From Okeania sp. (lineage in GTDB: Bacteria; Cyanobacteriota; Cyanobacteriia; Cyanobacteriales; Microcoleaceae), in assembly GCF_035285525.1 (NCBI RefSeq), contig NZ_JAYKGW010000065.1, positions 1-32,000 of the forward strand: a DNA stretch of 32,000 bases. Reading direction: 5' to 3'. The stretch's first letter is position 1, and every line of letters begins with the position of its first letter. Shown here one piece after another: positions 21,243 to 30,706 of this stretch. Both the position numbers and the translations under genes were made by a program. The notes under the pieces were generated by a model. The model was not told the DNA's origin, made no database searches, and saw only the letters and a program-made list of their open reading frames with translations.

Positions 21243-21324
21243 CGCGCGGAATATGCTGTAAATATTATTATATCTACAGGACTCCCCAACCTTCTTTCTT
21301 CTTCCTTCTTCTACCAAAATCTAA

Positions 21325-22194
21325 TTATTCAACTGGAGATGATACAACTGCGGAAAACAAAGCAGAATAATCTAAATCTGATAAACCTAATTCTATAGTT
21401 TTCTCTAAAACTTTACGCACTCCTTCTTGAATACTGACATCAAGTCCTACAGATTCTGCGGCATTAATAAATATGTTTGTATCCTTTAATAAATGTTTGG
21501 CTGGAAAATTAGGATTTTCGTAATTTCTCTCCAACATTCGTTTTAATTTCTTATCAAAAGTTGGTGCATATAAAGCGCTATCTCGAACAATTTGCATAAA
21601 CAAATCTACATCTATTCCTTCTCGAATTATTAATCCTAAACTCAGAGCAAAAGCTGTAGTTAAAGAACCAATTAATTGATTCATTGCTAACTTAATTGCA
21701 GCACCACTACCTACCGCACCAATATGTAATGGTTCCGGACTAAATACTTTTAATAAATCAGACCATTTGGCAAATTGTTCTGGGGAAGCTCCTACCATAA
21801 CAATTAAACTTCCAGATTTTACCTGTGGAATACTACCTAAAACAGGAGCTTCTAAATATTCTCCACCACCAGCTACAATTTCATCTCTAATTTGTTTACT
21901 TTCACCAGGAGAAATAGTTCCCATTTGAATTACTGTGCGACCAGATAATTCGGCTTTTGAACTATCAGATAAAAGTACATTTCTAATAGCTTCAGCATTA
22001 GTCAACATTAAAATTAAACATTCGGAATTTTGTATAGCTTCTCCTGGAGAATTAGCTATTTTAACGCCTACTTTTTGTAAAGGTTCTAACTTAGATTTAG
22101 TCCGATTATAAGCAGTTACAATATGATTACCTTCTAACAGTTTTTGAGCCATTGGTAGCCCCATTAAACCTGTACCTAACAATCCAATTTTCAT
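21325..22194 (-). CDS. NAD(P)-dependent beta-hydroxyacid dehydrogenase (3-hydroxyisobutyrate / 6-phosphogluconate dehydrogenase-like family)
   Basis: 289 aa. N-terminal Rossmann motif 'MKIGLLGTGLMGLPMAQKLL..GHIVTAYNRT'. Central 'GAAIKLAMNQLIGSLT' and 'LLKDTNIF' are typical of the HIBADH family. Confidence 0.85.
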   Translation of the reverse strand: MKIGLLGTGLMGLPMAQKLLEGNHIVTAYNRTKSKLEPLQKVGVKIANSPGEAIQNSECLILMLTNAEAIRNVLLSDSSKAELSGRTVIQMGTISPGESKQIRDEIVAGGGEYLEAPVLGSIPQVKSGSLIVMVGASPEQFAKWSDLLKVFSPEPLHIGAVGSGAAIKLAMNQLIGSLTTAFALSLGLIIREGIDVDLFMQIVRDSALYAPTFDKKLKRMLERNYENPNFPAKHLLKDTNIFINAAESVGLDVSIQEGVRKVLEKTIELGLSDLDYSALFSAVVSSPVE

Positions 22195-22334
22195 TAGTTA
22201 TTTCTTCTAAATTTTTTTCATATCTATCATATTATTTGCTGTTTGTCAAAATATTTGACATTATTAGTCCGAAATATGCTGTTGATTAAATTTAAAAGTA
22301 TTCCGCAGGAAATACTTACTATTTTAATCGTAGT

Positions 22335-22560
22335 GTAAGCATTCAGCAGTCAGCTAGTCTCCTATCTAGGAGGGAAAAACAGCTATTGTTCCTAGTTTTA
22401 GATAACAGTATTAGTATTATTAATTGATGACAAGAACTTATTACACTAACCCAGGCTTTATTGCTGTTTCGCTGCGCGACATGTTTGCGGAGTATTCTGT
22501 CAGGAAAAAGCGCAACTTCGACCCAGGAGGCTAGCTGATAGCTAATAGCTGAATGCTTAC
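22335..22560. mobile_element. MITE-like element (GTAAGCATTCAGC family) with a possible 7-bp target-site duplication
   Basis: 13-bp perfect terminal inverted repeat 'gtaagcattcagc' (22335-22347) / 'gctgaatgcttac' (22548-22560). Direct 'atcgtag' lies at 22327-22333 and 22561-22567. A related end lies at about 23398-23420. Confidence 0.6.
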
Positions 22561-23699
22561 ATCGTAGTTAATTGATAATTAACGATTAAATTATTTTCTC
22601 AATTCTTCTAAACTGGGAATATCTTTCGGTTTTGCCAAATTTCTTTAGCTAGCTGTATTAAACTTAACTTAAATTCTTCCCATAAATCAAAAAGCCTTCT
22701 AAAGCGTCTCTTTCATCTACAGAATGAAACAGTATTAGACTTGCCCATGACTGGGTTATTTCTATTTTATACCTCTCCCTTAACCATAATAAAAATTATT
22801 CAAATTGTTGGTCTTTTTCTGAGCTGGGTAATCCTAGTTGATTTCTTTCTAGATCGTAACCGCAATAGAAAGACTGAAAATCAAAGATTGAGTACCTACT
22901 TAAGTAGACAGTTGGTCTTTTTTTATTTTGGGTAAAAGGTCAAAAAAGTTAAGCATAGTAATTGTGATTGTGTTTTACTAAAATTGTTCTTTATTAATTA
23001 AATTAAGTTGATTGCCAGGAATAACGACTAAATATTGGAACCATTGGTTTATTGGTTTTCCTTGATTGTAAATATTATCAAAAACTTTGTCTACTGCTTC
23101 TCTTAAGCAAAAATATAGTCAATATTTATCTGCAAGTTTTTGTCATAAATTATAGTTAGTTATTCAAGATTTTGTGCAGTTATAACTATAGCAATCCTAT
23201 TTGATTCATTTACATAGGGAAGGCTTAACATGGAACAGGAGAAACTTTTAGTGTTTTTAGTTACTTTTTGAATTGTCACAACCTATTTAGAATTACTATA
23301 GTTGTTATAGTATTATACTTGAATGTAATGATACAGAATAATCAATAATATAAAAATTAGTAGAGATGGAAATTTTCTTGTAAAATATTAGTTTGAATGT
23401 AAGCATTCAGCTATTAGCAATCAGCAGTCAGCAACTAAGAATAAAAGGGTTTGCTGAAAAAGTTTGTTTAAAGAGATAGAGAGTAATTTTTTGAAAAATA
23501 ATTCTGAATCCCTTACCAAATTAGAGTAGATTAGATTATATAGCTTTTTTTAGACTAATGAGGTACACTTATTTTTTATTTCTATTCTCCATACCTATTC
23601 TCTAAAACCTAGAATTTTGTACCTTACCAGTATGGAAATTACTATATGTATGAAAATTTTATTTTTCAACTCACTAATCTAATTCTAGAAAATATTACC

Positions 23700-24629
23700 A
23701 TGACACAAAAAGATGAAAGTACCGTTGATGTCAATTTTTTTAATACAATTCCTGGCAAAATACTGTCACACCTAATGGCTGTTTTGATAACTTTAGGTGG
23801 TGTTTGGTTGTTTCAAAATCGACCATTAAATTTTTCACAAACTATATCTTTAACTCCTGACCCAATTAACCTGGAAAGATATAAAAAAGAACAACCTATT
23901 AGTTATAGTGCTAATACTGTAGAAACAGAAAAAAAATTAGCTATTGAACAATTTAAAAAAAATGATATTCAAGCTGCCAAAAAAGCCATCGAATCTTTGC
24001 TAAATAGAGGTGCGTTTTTAGAGGCAAAAGAAACTCTCAATATTATTATAAATTCACCTAATAATAACAATAATATTGACTCCGATATCAATTTTTTATA
24101 TGGTCGATTAGTTTGGGAGTTAGCTCAAGATGGAAATATGAACTATACTATAGATGAGGCTTTATATTTCTGGGAAAAAGCAGTATCTCAACGTCCTGAT
24201 TCTATTCTTTATCAAAATGCTATAGGTTTTGTTTACTATACTAAAGGGGATTTGAAAAAAGCTTATGATGCTTGGTTAAAAGTATTAAAATTATCAGGAG
24301 AAAATTTACCAGAAACAGAAATATTACAGAATATTTCCGCTGAAGATATTACTATTCCAGAAGTTGAACAAAAAAATGCTCTTAATGCTTATGCCGGGAT
24401 TGGATTAGTAATGATGAGATCTGCTCAAACTGCTCAAGGAAATGATCAAAGAGAACGCTGGTTAAGAGCGCTCCAATATCGGACAAAAGTAATGAGTGAA
24501 GCTGCCAGAGAATATCATATTCCTCAACTGCGGCAAAACTGGTTATGGTCGCGAGTGGCACTACGAGATTGGGATTTTCTGATGAGAACGGATTGGAATG
24601 TTTTGAGGACAAAAGGTAATAAAAAGTAG
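23700..24629 (+). CDS. Membrane-anchored TPR-like repeat protein (hypothetical)
   Basis: ORF open from 23646; the likely start is ATG 23700 ('MTQKDES'). One TM, 'ILSHLMAVLITLGGVWLF'. Helical-repeat segments resemble TPR units: 'ALYFWEKAVSQRPDSILYQNAIGFVYYTKGDLKKAYDAWLKVLKL'. Confidence 0.55.
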   Translation: MTQKDESTVDVNFFNTIPGKILSHLMAVLITLGGVWLFQNRPLNFSQTISLTPDPINLERYKKEQPISYSANTVETEKKLAIEQFKKNDIQAAKKAIESLLNRGAFLEAKETLNIIINSPNNNNNIDSDINFLYGRLVWELAQDGNMNYTIDEALYFWEKAVSQRPDSILYQNAIGFVYYTKGDLKKAYDAWLKVLKLSGENLPETEILQNISAEDITIPEVEQKNALNAYAGIGLVMMRSAQTAQGNDQRERWLRALQYRTKVMSEAAREYHIPQLRQNWLWSRVALRDWDFLMRTDWNVLRTKGNKK

Positions 24630-24843
24630 GGGAGTGGGGGAGTCGGGGAGTGGGGGAGTAATTTTTTTGCTCAACTATGTATGTATGCGCCTAAAATAGT
24701 AACTTTTCAATTGTTCCGGAACTGTGCATGGTTGAGCTGATTTTTCGGGAACCGTAAAACAGGTACTTTTTCCCTATCTAAAAAGGCTAAAACTTTAGAA
24801 TGTTGATGGGAGCGAGATTTATTCACCAAGCCCTAGTTATGTG

Positions 24844-24966
24844 TAATATCATGTTCGGTTAAATAGTTACACTTTTAGACGAGGGAAGGCAGAAACAAGG
24901 CAGAAGGAAAAGAAAGTTTTCAAGGGAAAAGGTTTTTTTGTCACCCTCTTATCCGGACATAATATA
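24844..24966. mobile_element. Short MITE-like element, ATATCATGTCCGG family (imperfect ends)
   Basis: 'taatatcatgttcgg' (24844-24858) versus the reverse complement of 'ccggacataatata' (24953-24966) matches at 11 of 14 positions. Confidence 0.4.
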
Positions 24967-24989
24967 AATCCTAATTAAATCAATATTCT

Positions 24990-26615
24990 CTAAATCAAAA
25001 TCAATCCACTTTGAATCTCTAGTTCTGTCACCCCAAATACAATAGCAATTAAATCTCCACCCACAAAAATTCCTGTACCTTGACCCGTACTAACAGAAGC
25101 AGGTCCGAGAACAACTCCCTCACCACCAAATGCAAGAATCCTATCATTTTCTAAATTATTCAAATCAGTAATTATCGCATAATCACTACTACCAGCAAAA
25201 CTATAAAACGCCACATTACTATTACCCAAAACAAAGGTATCAGTTCCTGCATTACCAGTCAAAAAGTCAATTTCATTTTCTCCAGACTCACGACCTGCAC
25301 CAATAATAAAATCGTCACCCAAATTCCCAAAAATAGTATCATCATTCAGGTCTCCACTGAGAGTATCATTCCCCGCATCACCAAATATCGAATCATCATC
25401 TTTGCCACCAAATATTGAATCATCACCCGCTCCTCCACTCAACTCATCATTACCCAAATCTCCAAGGATAAAATCTAAATCCAAACCACCATCAACAATA
25501 TCGCTACCTTTTCCCCCACGAATAGTATCGCTACCTAAATTACCTTCCAAACGGTCATTATCTTTGTTGCCCAAAATACTATCATTATCTTCATTGCCGA
25601 AAATAGTATCATTGCCATCGTTACCAAAGATAATATCGTTCCCGATCCCACCTGCTAAACTATCCCTATCTTCATTGCCGAAAATAGTATCATTACCAAA
25701 ATTCCCAAAAATGCTATCACTGTCTATATTACCCAGGAGACTATCATCACCACCACCTCCATCTATTTCATCACTACCTTCATTTCCCTGGATAGTATCA
25801 TTGCCTTCACCACCGTCCACAATATCACTATCCTCATTGCCCAGAATACTATCATTACCTTCTTGTCCATCAATAGTATCTATTCCGACATTGCCAAAAA
25901 TGGTATCATCATCTATTCCCCCAAAAATACTATCACTCCCAGAATTACCAAACAGACTATCATTAGCTGCCTGACCATCAATAGTATCATTACCACCTAG
26001 ACCAAAAACGGTATCGTTACTAAGACTACCTTGAATAAATTGAGAATTATTATTACCAATAATTGAACCGGGTGGAAATTTTCCATCGGGGAGAAAAGGA
26101 GGTTGAGTGGGAATATTTACACCATCTACAATGCTAGAACCATTAACATCAATTCTACTATTTTCTAAGGTGACAAAACCAGAAATTGCAATAGGTTGAT
26201 TTGGTTGTAAATCTAATGCTATGGCATTAAATTCATCTAATAAATTAATAAAGTATATTTGACCGTTAGAATTGAGAATAAATTGATTATCATTAACTAC
26301 AAAACCAACAGTTCCAGAGATAGTTTGTAGACCAACTATTGGTGCTGGCGGTATTATACCATTTTCATCAATTAGAATTGTATTAATTAGGTTAAGTCGG
26401 TTATCTTCTATGGTAATAAAACCTGTTAGTCTAACTAACTGACCAACTTCTAAACCTAAGATTGAAGTATTAAGTTCATTGATCAGGTCAACAAAGTAGT
26501 TTTGACCATTAGTTGCTGTCAGAATAAAAGTATCGTTACCTGTGATAGAAAATATTGTTCCTGCTATTTCTGTTAATGTTAATTCTAACTGGGAGCTAGT
26601 TCTAATAGTTGTCAT
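24990..26615 (-). CDS. RTX-type calcium-binding beta-roll protein with a duplicated N-terminal domain
   Basis: 541 aa. About 25-27 consecutive nonapeptides of the 'GG.G.D.(L/I/F).' type ('GGNDTIDGQAANDSLFGNSGSDSIFGG.DDDTIFGN..'). The C-terminus 'TDTFVLGN..YAIITDLNNLENDRILAF' is typical of cyanobacterial RTX proteins. N-terminal aa about 11-92 and 93-175 are two copies of one domain. Confidence 0.85.
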   Translation of the reverse strand: MTTIRTSSQLELTLTEIAGTIFSITGNDTFILTATNGQNYFVDLINELNTSILGLEVGQLVRLTGFITIEDNRLNLINTILIDENGIIPPAPIVGLQTISGTVGFVVNDNQFILNSNGQIYFINLLDEFNAIALDLQPNQPIAISGFVTLENSRIDVNGSSIVDGVNIPTQPPFLPDGKFPPGSIIGNNNSQFIQGSLSNDTVFGLGGNDTIDGQAANDSLFGNSGSDSIFGGIDDDTIFGNVGIDTIDGQEGNDSILGNEDSDIVDGGEGNDTIQGNEGSDEIDGGGGDDSLLGNIDSDSIFGNFGNDTIFGNEDRDSLAGGIGNDIIFGNDGNDTIFGNEDNDSILGNKDNDRLEGNLGSDTIRGGKGSDIVDGGLDLDFILGDLGNDELSGGAGDDSIFGGKDDDSIFGDAGNDTLSGDLNDDTIFGNLGDDFIIGAGRESGENEIDFLTGNAGTDTFVLGNSNVAFYSFAGSSDYAIITDLNNLENDRILAFGGEGVVLGPASVSTGQGTGIFVGGDLIAIVFGVTELEIQSGLILI

Positions 26616-26617
26616 TT

Positions 26618-26640
26618 CAGTTATCAGTTATCAGTTATCA
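26618..26640. repeat. Heptameric STRR tract (CAGTTAT)x3, starting 3 nt upstream of the RTX gene start codon
   Basis: 'cagttat cagttat cagttat ca'. The same heptamer occurs at 30218-30235 and in reverse orientation at about 28958-28975. Confidence 0.8.
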
Positions 26641-26974
26641 TAATTCAGAATCCAGAATCCAGAATTCAGAATTCCAGGATTCATAAACAATAAAGATTAA
26701 ACTTTACCATAAAACCTACTTACTATTTTTATTAGCAGGATGTTTATTCTAGACATAAAATAAGAATCAACTGTGTCTAGATTTAGATATTATTTGAAAA
26801 CCCTATAATCAGAATCCAGAATCCAGAATCCAGAATCCCAGGATTCATAAACAATAAAGATTAAACTTTACCACAAAACCTACTTACTATTTTTATTAGA
26901 GAAGATGTTTATTCTAGACATAAAACAAGAATCAACTGTGTCTAGATTTAGATATTATTTGAAAACCCTATAAT
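26641..26974. repeat. Two tandem copies of a 164-165-bp unit, each headed by a (CAGAATC)n heptamer tract
   Basis: 'ccaggattcataaacaataaagattaaactttacca.aaaacctacttactatttttattag...tctagacataaa.aagaatcaactgtgtctagatttagatattatttgaaaaccctataat' occurs at 26674-26809 and 26838-26974, with a few substitutions and 1 indel. Each copy contains the inverted repeat 'tctagaca'/'tgtctaga'. Confidence 0.85.
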
Positions 26975-26980
26975 TTTAGT

Positions 26981-27036
26981 TATTAATTATTAATTATTAA
27001 TTATTAATTATTAATTATTAATTATTAATTATCAAT
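26981..27036. repeat. Heptameric tract (TATTAAT)x7 plus one imperfect unit, overlapping the stop codon and last codons of the protease gene
   Basis: Read directly. The TAA stop (27027-27025, minus strand) and codons for 'SIDN' lie in the last units. Confidence 0.85.
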
Positions 27037-28227
27037 TGACTGGGGAAAAGTATCAGGTTTGACCAAAAATTCAGCAATTCTGCGATTACGAATTACCTCC
27101 ACTGCTAAACTTTCCCCTACTAAACTTTTTTCTACTTCTTGTTGAACTTCTGTTGGACTTGTTACAGTTACTCCCCCGACTTTATTAATGACATCTCCCT
27201 GACGTAAACCAGCCTTTTCTGCTGGAGAATTTTCTATAACTCGCTTAATTACCACACCTTGATTATGGTTAATTCTTATTTGTAATTGTCTATTAATTTC
27301 ATTCTTGACTTCAGGAGTTAAATCAACCATAGAAATACCTAAAAATGGATGTTCTGCTTTCCCATGCAAAAATAATTCATCAGCAACTCTTTTTGCAGTT
27401 TCTATCGGAATCGCAAACCCTAATCCTTGGGCATTTGCTCTAATAGCTGTATTAATTCCAATTACTTCACCTTGAGCATTCAAAAGTGGCCCACCAGAGT
27501 TGCCTGGATTAATTGCTGCATCTGTCTGAATAAACCGGACTCGTTTATCCGCAACACCTACTTGGGAACTGGTACGATCTATAGCACTAATAATTCCCAC
27601 TGTTACAGTATTATCCAAACCCAGAGGATTGCCAATAGCGATCGCCCATTGTCCGGGAATTAATTCTTCTGAGTTGCCAATGGGCACCTCTGGTAAATCT
27701 GTGGCCTCAATTTTAATTACTGCTATATCGGTTAGTGAGTCCACCGCTTTGACCATACCATCAAATTCCCGGCCATCTTTTAATGTCACTTTAACTGTAT
27801 CTGCTCCATCAACTACATGAGCATTGGTAATTAAACGACCATCAGAACTAATAATTATCCCAGATCCTGTACCACGCTTAATTTTTTCTTCTGGAACAGG
27901 CAAATTTTCCCCAAAGAAACGTTTCAAGAGAGGATTATTTAAAGCTTCTGGAACTTGAGTTGTTAACTTTTTAGATGCATCAATACGGACGACTGATGGA
28001 CCTACTTTTTTCACTGCTTTGGCAATAAAATTATAGTTGGTAGAAGAAGCTAGGCCATCTGCAAAAGTTGGAGTAGATGCTTGTGTTCGTTCTTTGACTA
28101 CAGGTATTACATCAGGGTCTATAGTCAATTTTTTAGCTGTGACATAATGATGACCCAACCATCCTGTGGCACTACCAATGGACAATAGAGAGAAATATAA
28201 GGTTAATTGTTTTAAAGATAAAGTCAT
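27025..28227 (-). CDS. HtrA/DegP-family (Deg) serine protease with C-terminal PDZ domain
   Basis: 400 aa. N-terminal hydrophobic anchor 'LTLYFSLLSIGSATGWL'. Catalytic His 'ITNAHVV', Asp 'TDIAVIKI' and Ser 'GNSGGPLLN'. PDZ-like 'GVVIKRVIENSPAEKAGLRQGDVINKVGG'. Confidence 0.92.
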   Translation of the reverse strand: MTLSLKQLTLYFSLLSIGSATGWLGHHYVTAKKLTIDPDVIPVVKERTQASTPTFADGLASSTNYNFIAKAVKKVGPSVVRIDASKKLTTQVPEALNNPLLKRFFGENLPVPEEKIKRGTGSGIIISSDGRLITNAHVVDGADTVKVTLKDGREFDGMVKAVDSLTDIAVIKIEATDLPEVPIGNSEELIPGQWAIAIGNPLGLDNTVTVGIISAIDRTSSQVGVADKRVRFIQTDAAINPGNSGGPLLNAQGEVIGINTAIRANAQGLGFAIPIETAKRVADELFLHGKAEHPFLGISMVDLTPEVKNEINRQLQIRINHNQGVVIKRVIENSPAEKAGLRQGDVINKVGGVTVTSPTEVQQEVEKSLVGESLAVEVIRNRRIAEFLVKPDTFPQSIDN

Positions 28228-29349
28228 TTGTTTTTTCGGCTTGAAATTAAATTTTAATAAGACTTAGGCAGAAACTAGATTTATTGGCGGAAATTTCGTC
28301 ATTTAAAAAACAATAAACCTTTGGCAAAAGTAAAAGTAAAACATTTTTTTTTCATAAATTTTTCGAGAAAATTTCTTACTAATACTCTATTTCTTATTGG
28401 TTATTCTCAACTTCAGCAAAAAGTCTAATAATCAAAGAAATAAATCTGGTTTCTTGTTTGGGTCTGTTTCTGTTTAAGTTAAATTAGTCCCTAATAGACT
28501 GACACATTAATGGTGCAATAAGTGTAGGCCCTTGTTGTTCCCGTTAGGGTTGCGCAGCATGGGACGTAGCTTGCTTCTGTGCAGGAGTAACCCAACAATA
28601 ATCTTTCTCCCCTACTTCTTAATGCACAGTTTTAGCTGTGTCGTCCACTAGAGCAAGGACATCATATAAAACATTCATAGTTTGGTCTACCCGTAAAAAA
28701 CTTTTATCAAAATAATTTGGCTGAACTAATTTTTTTTAGGGTTATTATACTTCTACATAATCAGATAGATACTTTCTGGGAAATATAGATAAAATTTATT
28801 AGTCTATTTGAAAAAAAAACTATTTAGTTAGGTATAATTCAGGAGCAAAGAAGAACAGGAAAAAATTTAAAAAATTTTAAGTTTATCAGCCAAATTAATT
28901 ACATATTCTGTTGACCAAAAAATAAGGTCTCAAACTTTTGGCTTTAGCCAAAGGTAATGATAACTGATAACTGCAATGACCCTCTTTTCCCTGTTCCTTG
29001 TTCCCTATAATTCAATACAGTTCAGATACTATTACTATGTAAGCATTTCCTACGGAATGCTGCGCAAACAGCTATTAACCTTCAAAATCATGTCTAAACT
29101 TTAAAATGGCTTTAAATGAACATAAGCTTTAAAGTCGGCTTTGATCGTAAGATTCAATTTACTTCAACACAGTCAAGCTTTGATCTCAAACTAAAATAAA
29201 TACCTGAGTGCTAAATGCTTAAGTTACCATAAATTTGCTATATTAAAATTTGATATCTTTCTTTTTACTCATAACTGAGATGACAGTCTTATTGCTGAAT
29301 TTCGCAGTTCCTTGCGTTGAATAGGGTAACAATAATAAAGTTTTAGATT

Positions 29350-30207
29350 ATGCCGAATATTATTACCAAAAATCAGAAACAACAATTAATACCAATAAAA
29401 CCAAAAAATAAAATCTTAAATCAGCTATTTTCTCTTGATATAATTGCTCCTGTAATTTTAGGAATTATTGTATTACTTACATGGGAAGTTTTAGTGCGGG
29501 TGATGAATATTCCTCCTTATTTATTGCCAGGACCAATATTAGTAATTAAGACAATGATTCAGGAATGGAACTCATTATCTACATCTTTGCTAATTACTAT
29601 TAGAATTACAGTGGTTGCTTTAGCAGTAGCAGTAACTTCTGGGGTATTAATTTCTATGTTATTTGCTCAGAATAAATTGATTGAAAGAAGTTTATTTCCT
29701 TATGCAGTAATTTTGCAAACTACTCCTATTGTAGCGATCGCTCCTTTAATTATTATTTGGCTCAGAGATAATACTTTTGCTGCATTAATTCTTTGTGCTT
29801 GGATTGTCGCATTTTTTCCAATTATTTCTAATACAACTTTGGGATTAAATAGTGTTGATAAAAATTTAAGCGATATGTTTAAATTATATGGAGCTTCTCG
29901 TTGGCAAACTCTAATTTATTTGAGATTTCCTAGTGCTTTACCTTATTTTTTAGGAGGGTTAAAAATTAGTGGTGGTTTAGCATTAATTGGGGCAGTTGTT
30001 GCTGAGTTTGTTGCAGGTACAGGAGGTTCTCGTTCTGGCATTGCTTATCAGATTTTAATGTCGAGTTATAATTTGCAAATACCAAGAATGTTTGCTGCTT
30101 TATTTTTAACAACTGGTTTAGGAATCGTTATTTTTGTTTTGTTTACATTTTTGTCACATTTTCTATTGAAAGATTGGCATGAAAGTGCTGTCAAAAAAGA
30201 TGGATAA
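29350..30207 (+). CDS. ABC transporter permease, NitT/TauT (nitrate/sulfonate/bicarbonate) family
   Basis: 285 aa with about 6 hydrophobic spans. The 'MFKLYGASRWQTLIYLRFPSALPYFLGGLKISGGLALIGAVVAEF' segment matches the EAA-loop region of TauC/SsuC-type permeases. No ATPase or SBP gene is adjacent. Confidence 0.8.
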   Translation: MPNIITKNQKQQLIPIKPKNKILNQLFSLDIIAPVILGIIVLLTWEVLVRVMNIPPYLLPGPILVIKTMIQEWNSLSTSLLITIRITVVALAVAVTSGVLISMLFAQNKLIERSLFPYAVILQTTPIVAIAPLIIIWLRDNTFAALILCAWIVAFFPIISNTTLGLNSVDKNLSDMFKLYGASRWQTLIYLRFPSALPYFLGGLKISGGLALIGAVVAEFVAGTGGSRSGIAYQILMSSYNLQIPRMFAALFLTTGLGIVIFVLFTFLSHFLLKDWHESAVKKDG

Positions 30208-30217
30208 TCAGCTTTTT

Positions 30218-30235
30218 CAGTTATCAGTTATCAGC
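30218..30235. repeat. Heptameric STRR tract (CAGTTAT)x2.5 just after the permease stop
   Basis: 'cagttat cagttat cagc' read directly. Confidence 0.7.
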
Positions 30236-30706
30236 AAAACTTGTATAGCTATTCAGAAATCCTTCATGAAAAAAAATCGCAAATTCTCAGGAAGTATATC
30301 CTCAAGTTGGTGGGCGGTTAGTAGATATGTGATTAGTTCAGCAATAAAGCCATGAACAATTATTAATTATTCGGTAATCTTAACACGATATACACCAGAT
30401 AGTAGGTTCTACTCAACCTGTTGAAAAATCTTAAAAATTCAGCTAGTAAAAACAATGGTATATAGAACTCAAGCAGAAGATACAAAAATTGAAGCCGAAC
30501 TAATATTTTTTAACCTGATAAGCAACCTCTCTATTGAAACGAGAATAATGCAAGCTCACAGAGCATCTATTCAGTCACAACAAATATGGTGGAATTTATG
30601 TAAACAGGACAATAATATCACTAATACACAACTAAAAAGAAAGTAAATAAACTTAAAACTTGGGAAAGAGTATTGTGCAATAAATAAACTTGTTGATATA
30701 GATTTT

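Noticed and set aside
22741-22935. 64-aa hydrophobic ORF with a TTG start
   Set aside because: There is no ATG start, no motif and very AT-rich low-complexity sequence in a repeat-laden spacer. The evidence is insufficient to call a gene.
25402-25974. 190-aa ORF on the + strand ('...SLPKIVSLPS...')
   Set aside because: It lies entirely antisense to the RTX nonapeptide repeats. Its periodic low-complexity sequence is the mirror image of the GG.G.D repeat DNA, so it is a repeat-generated artefact.
26616-27036. Possible CRISPR array in the repeat-rich spacer
   Set aside because: The repeats are 7-nt tandem tracts and only two copies of a 165-bp unit. There is no repeat-spacer alternation in the CRISPR size range and no cas genes in the window.
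28480-28680. Structured-looking GC-richer patch upstream of the ABC permease; considered as a guanidine-I (ykkC) or other riboswitch
   Set aside because: It lacks the conserved 'GGTCCGAGAG' and 'ACGG.GGGA' type cores and lies about 700 nt from the permease start. The segment ('gttgggttactcc...' on the reverse strand) resembles the dispersed 'TTGGGT...ACCCAA' repeat class instead.
30455-30646. 63-aa ORF upstream of the NTase-like pseudogene
   Set aside because: There is no recognisable motif or coupling signal. It could be a remnant of a partner gene, but nothing supports that.
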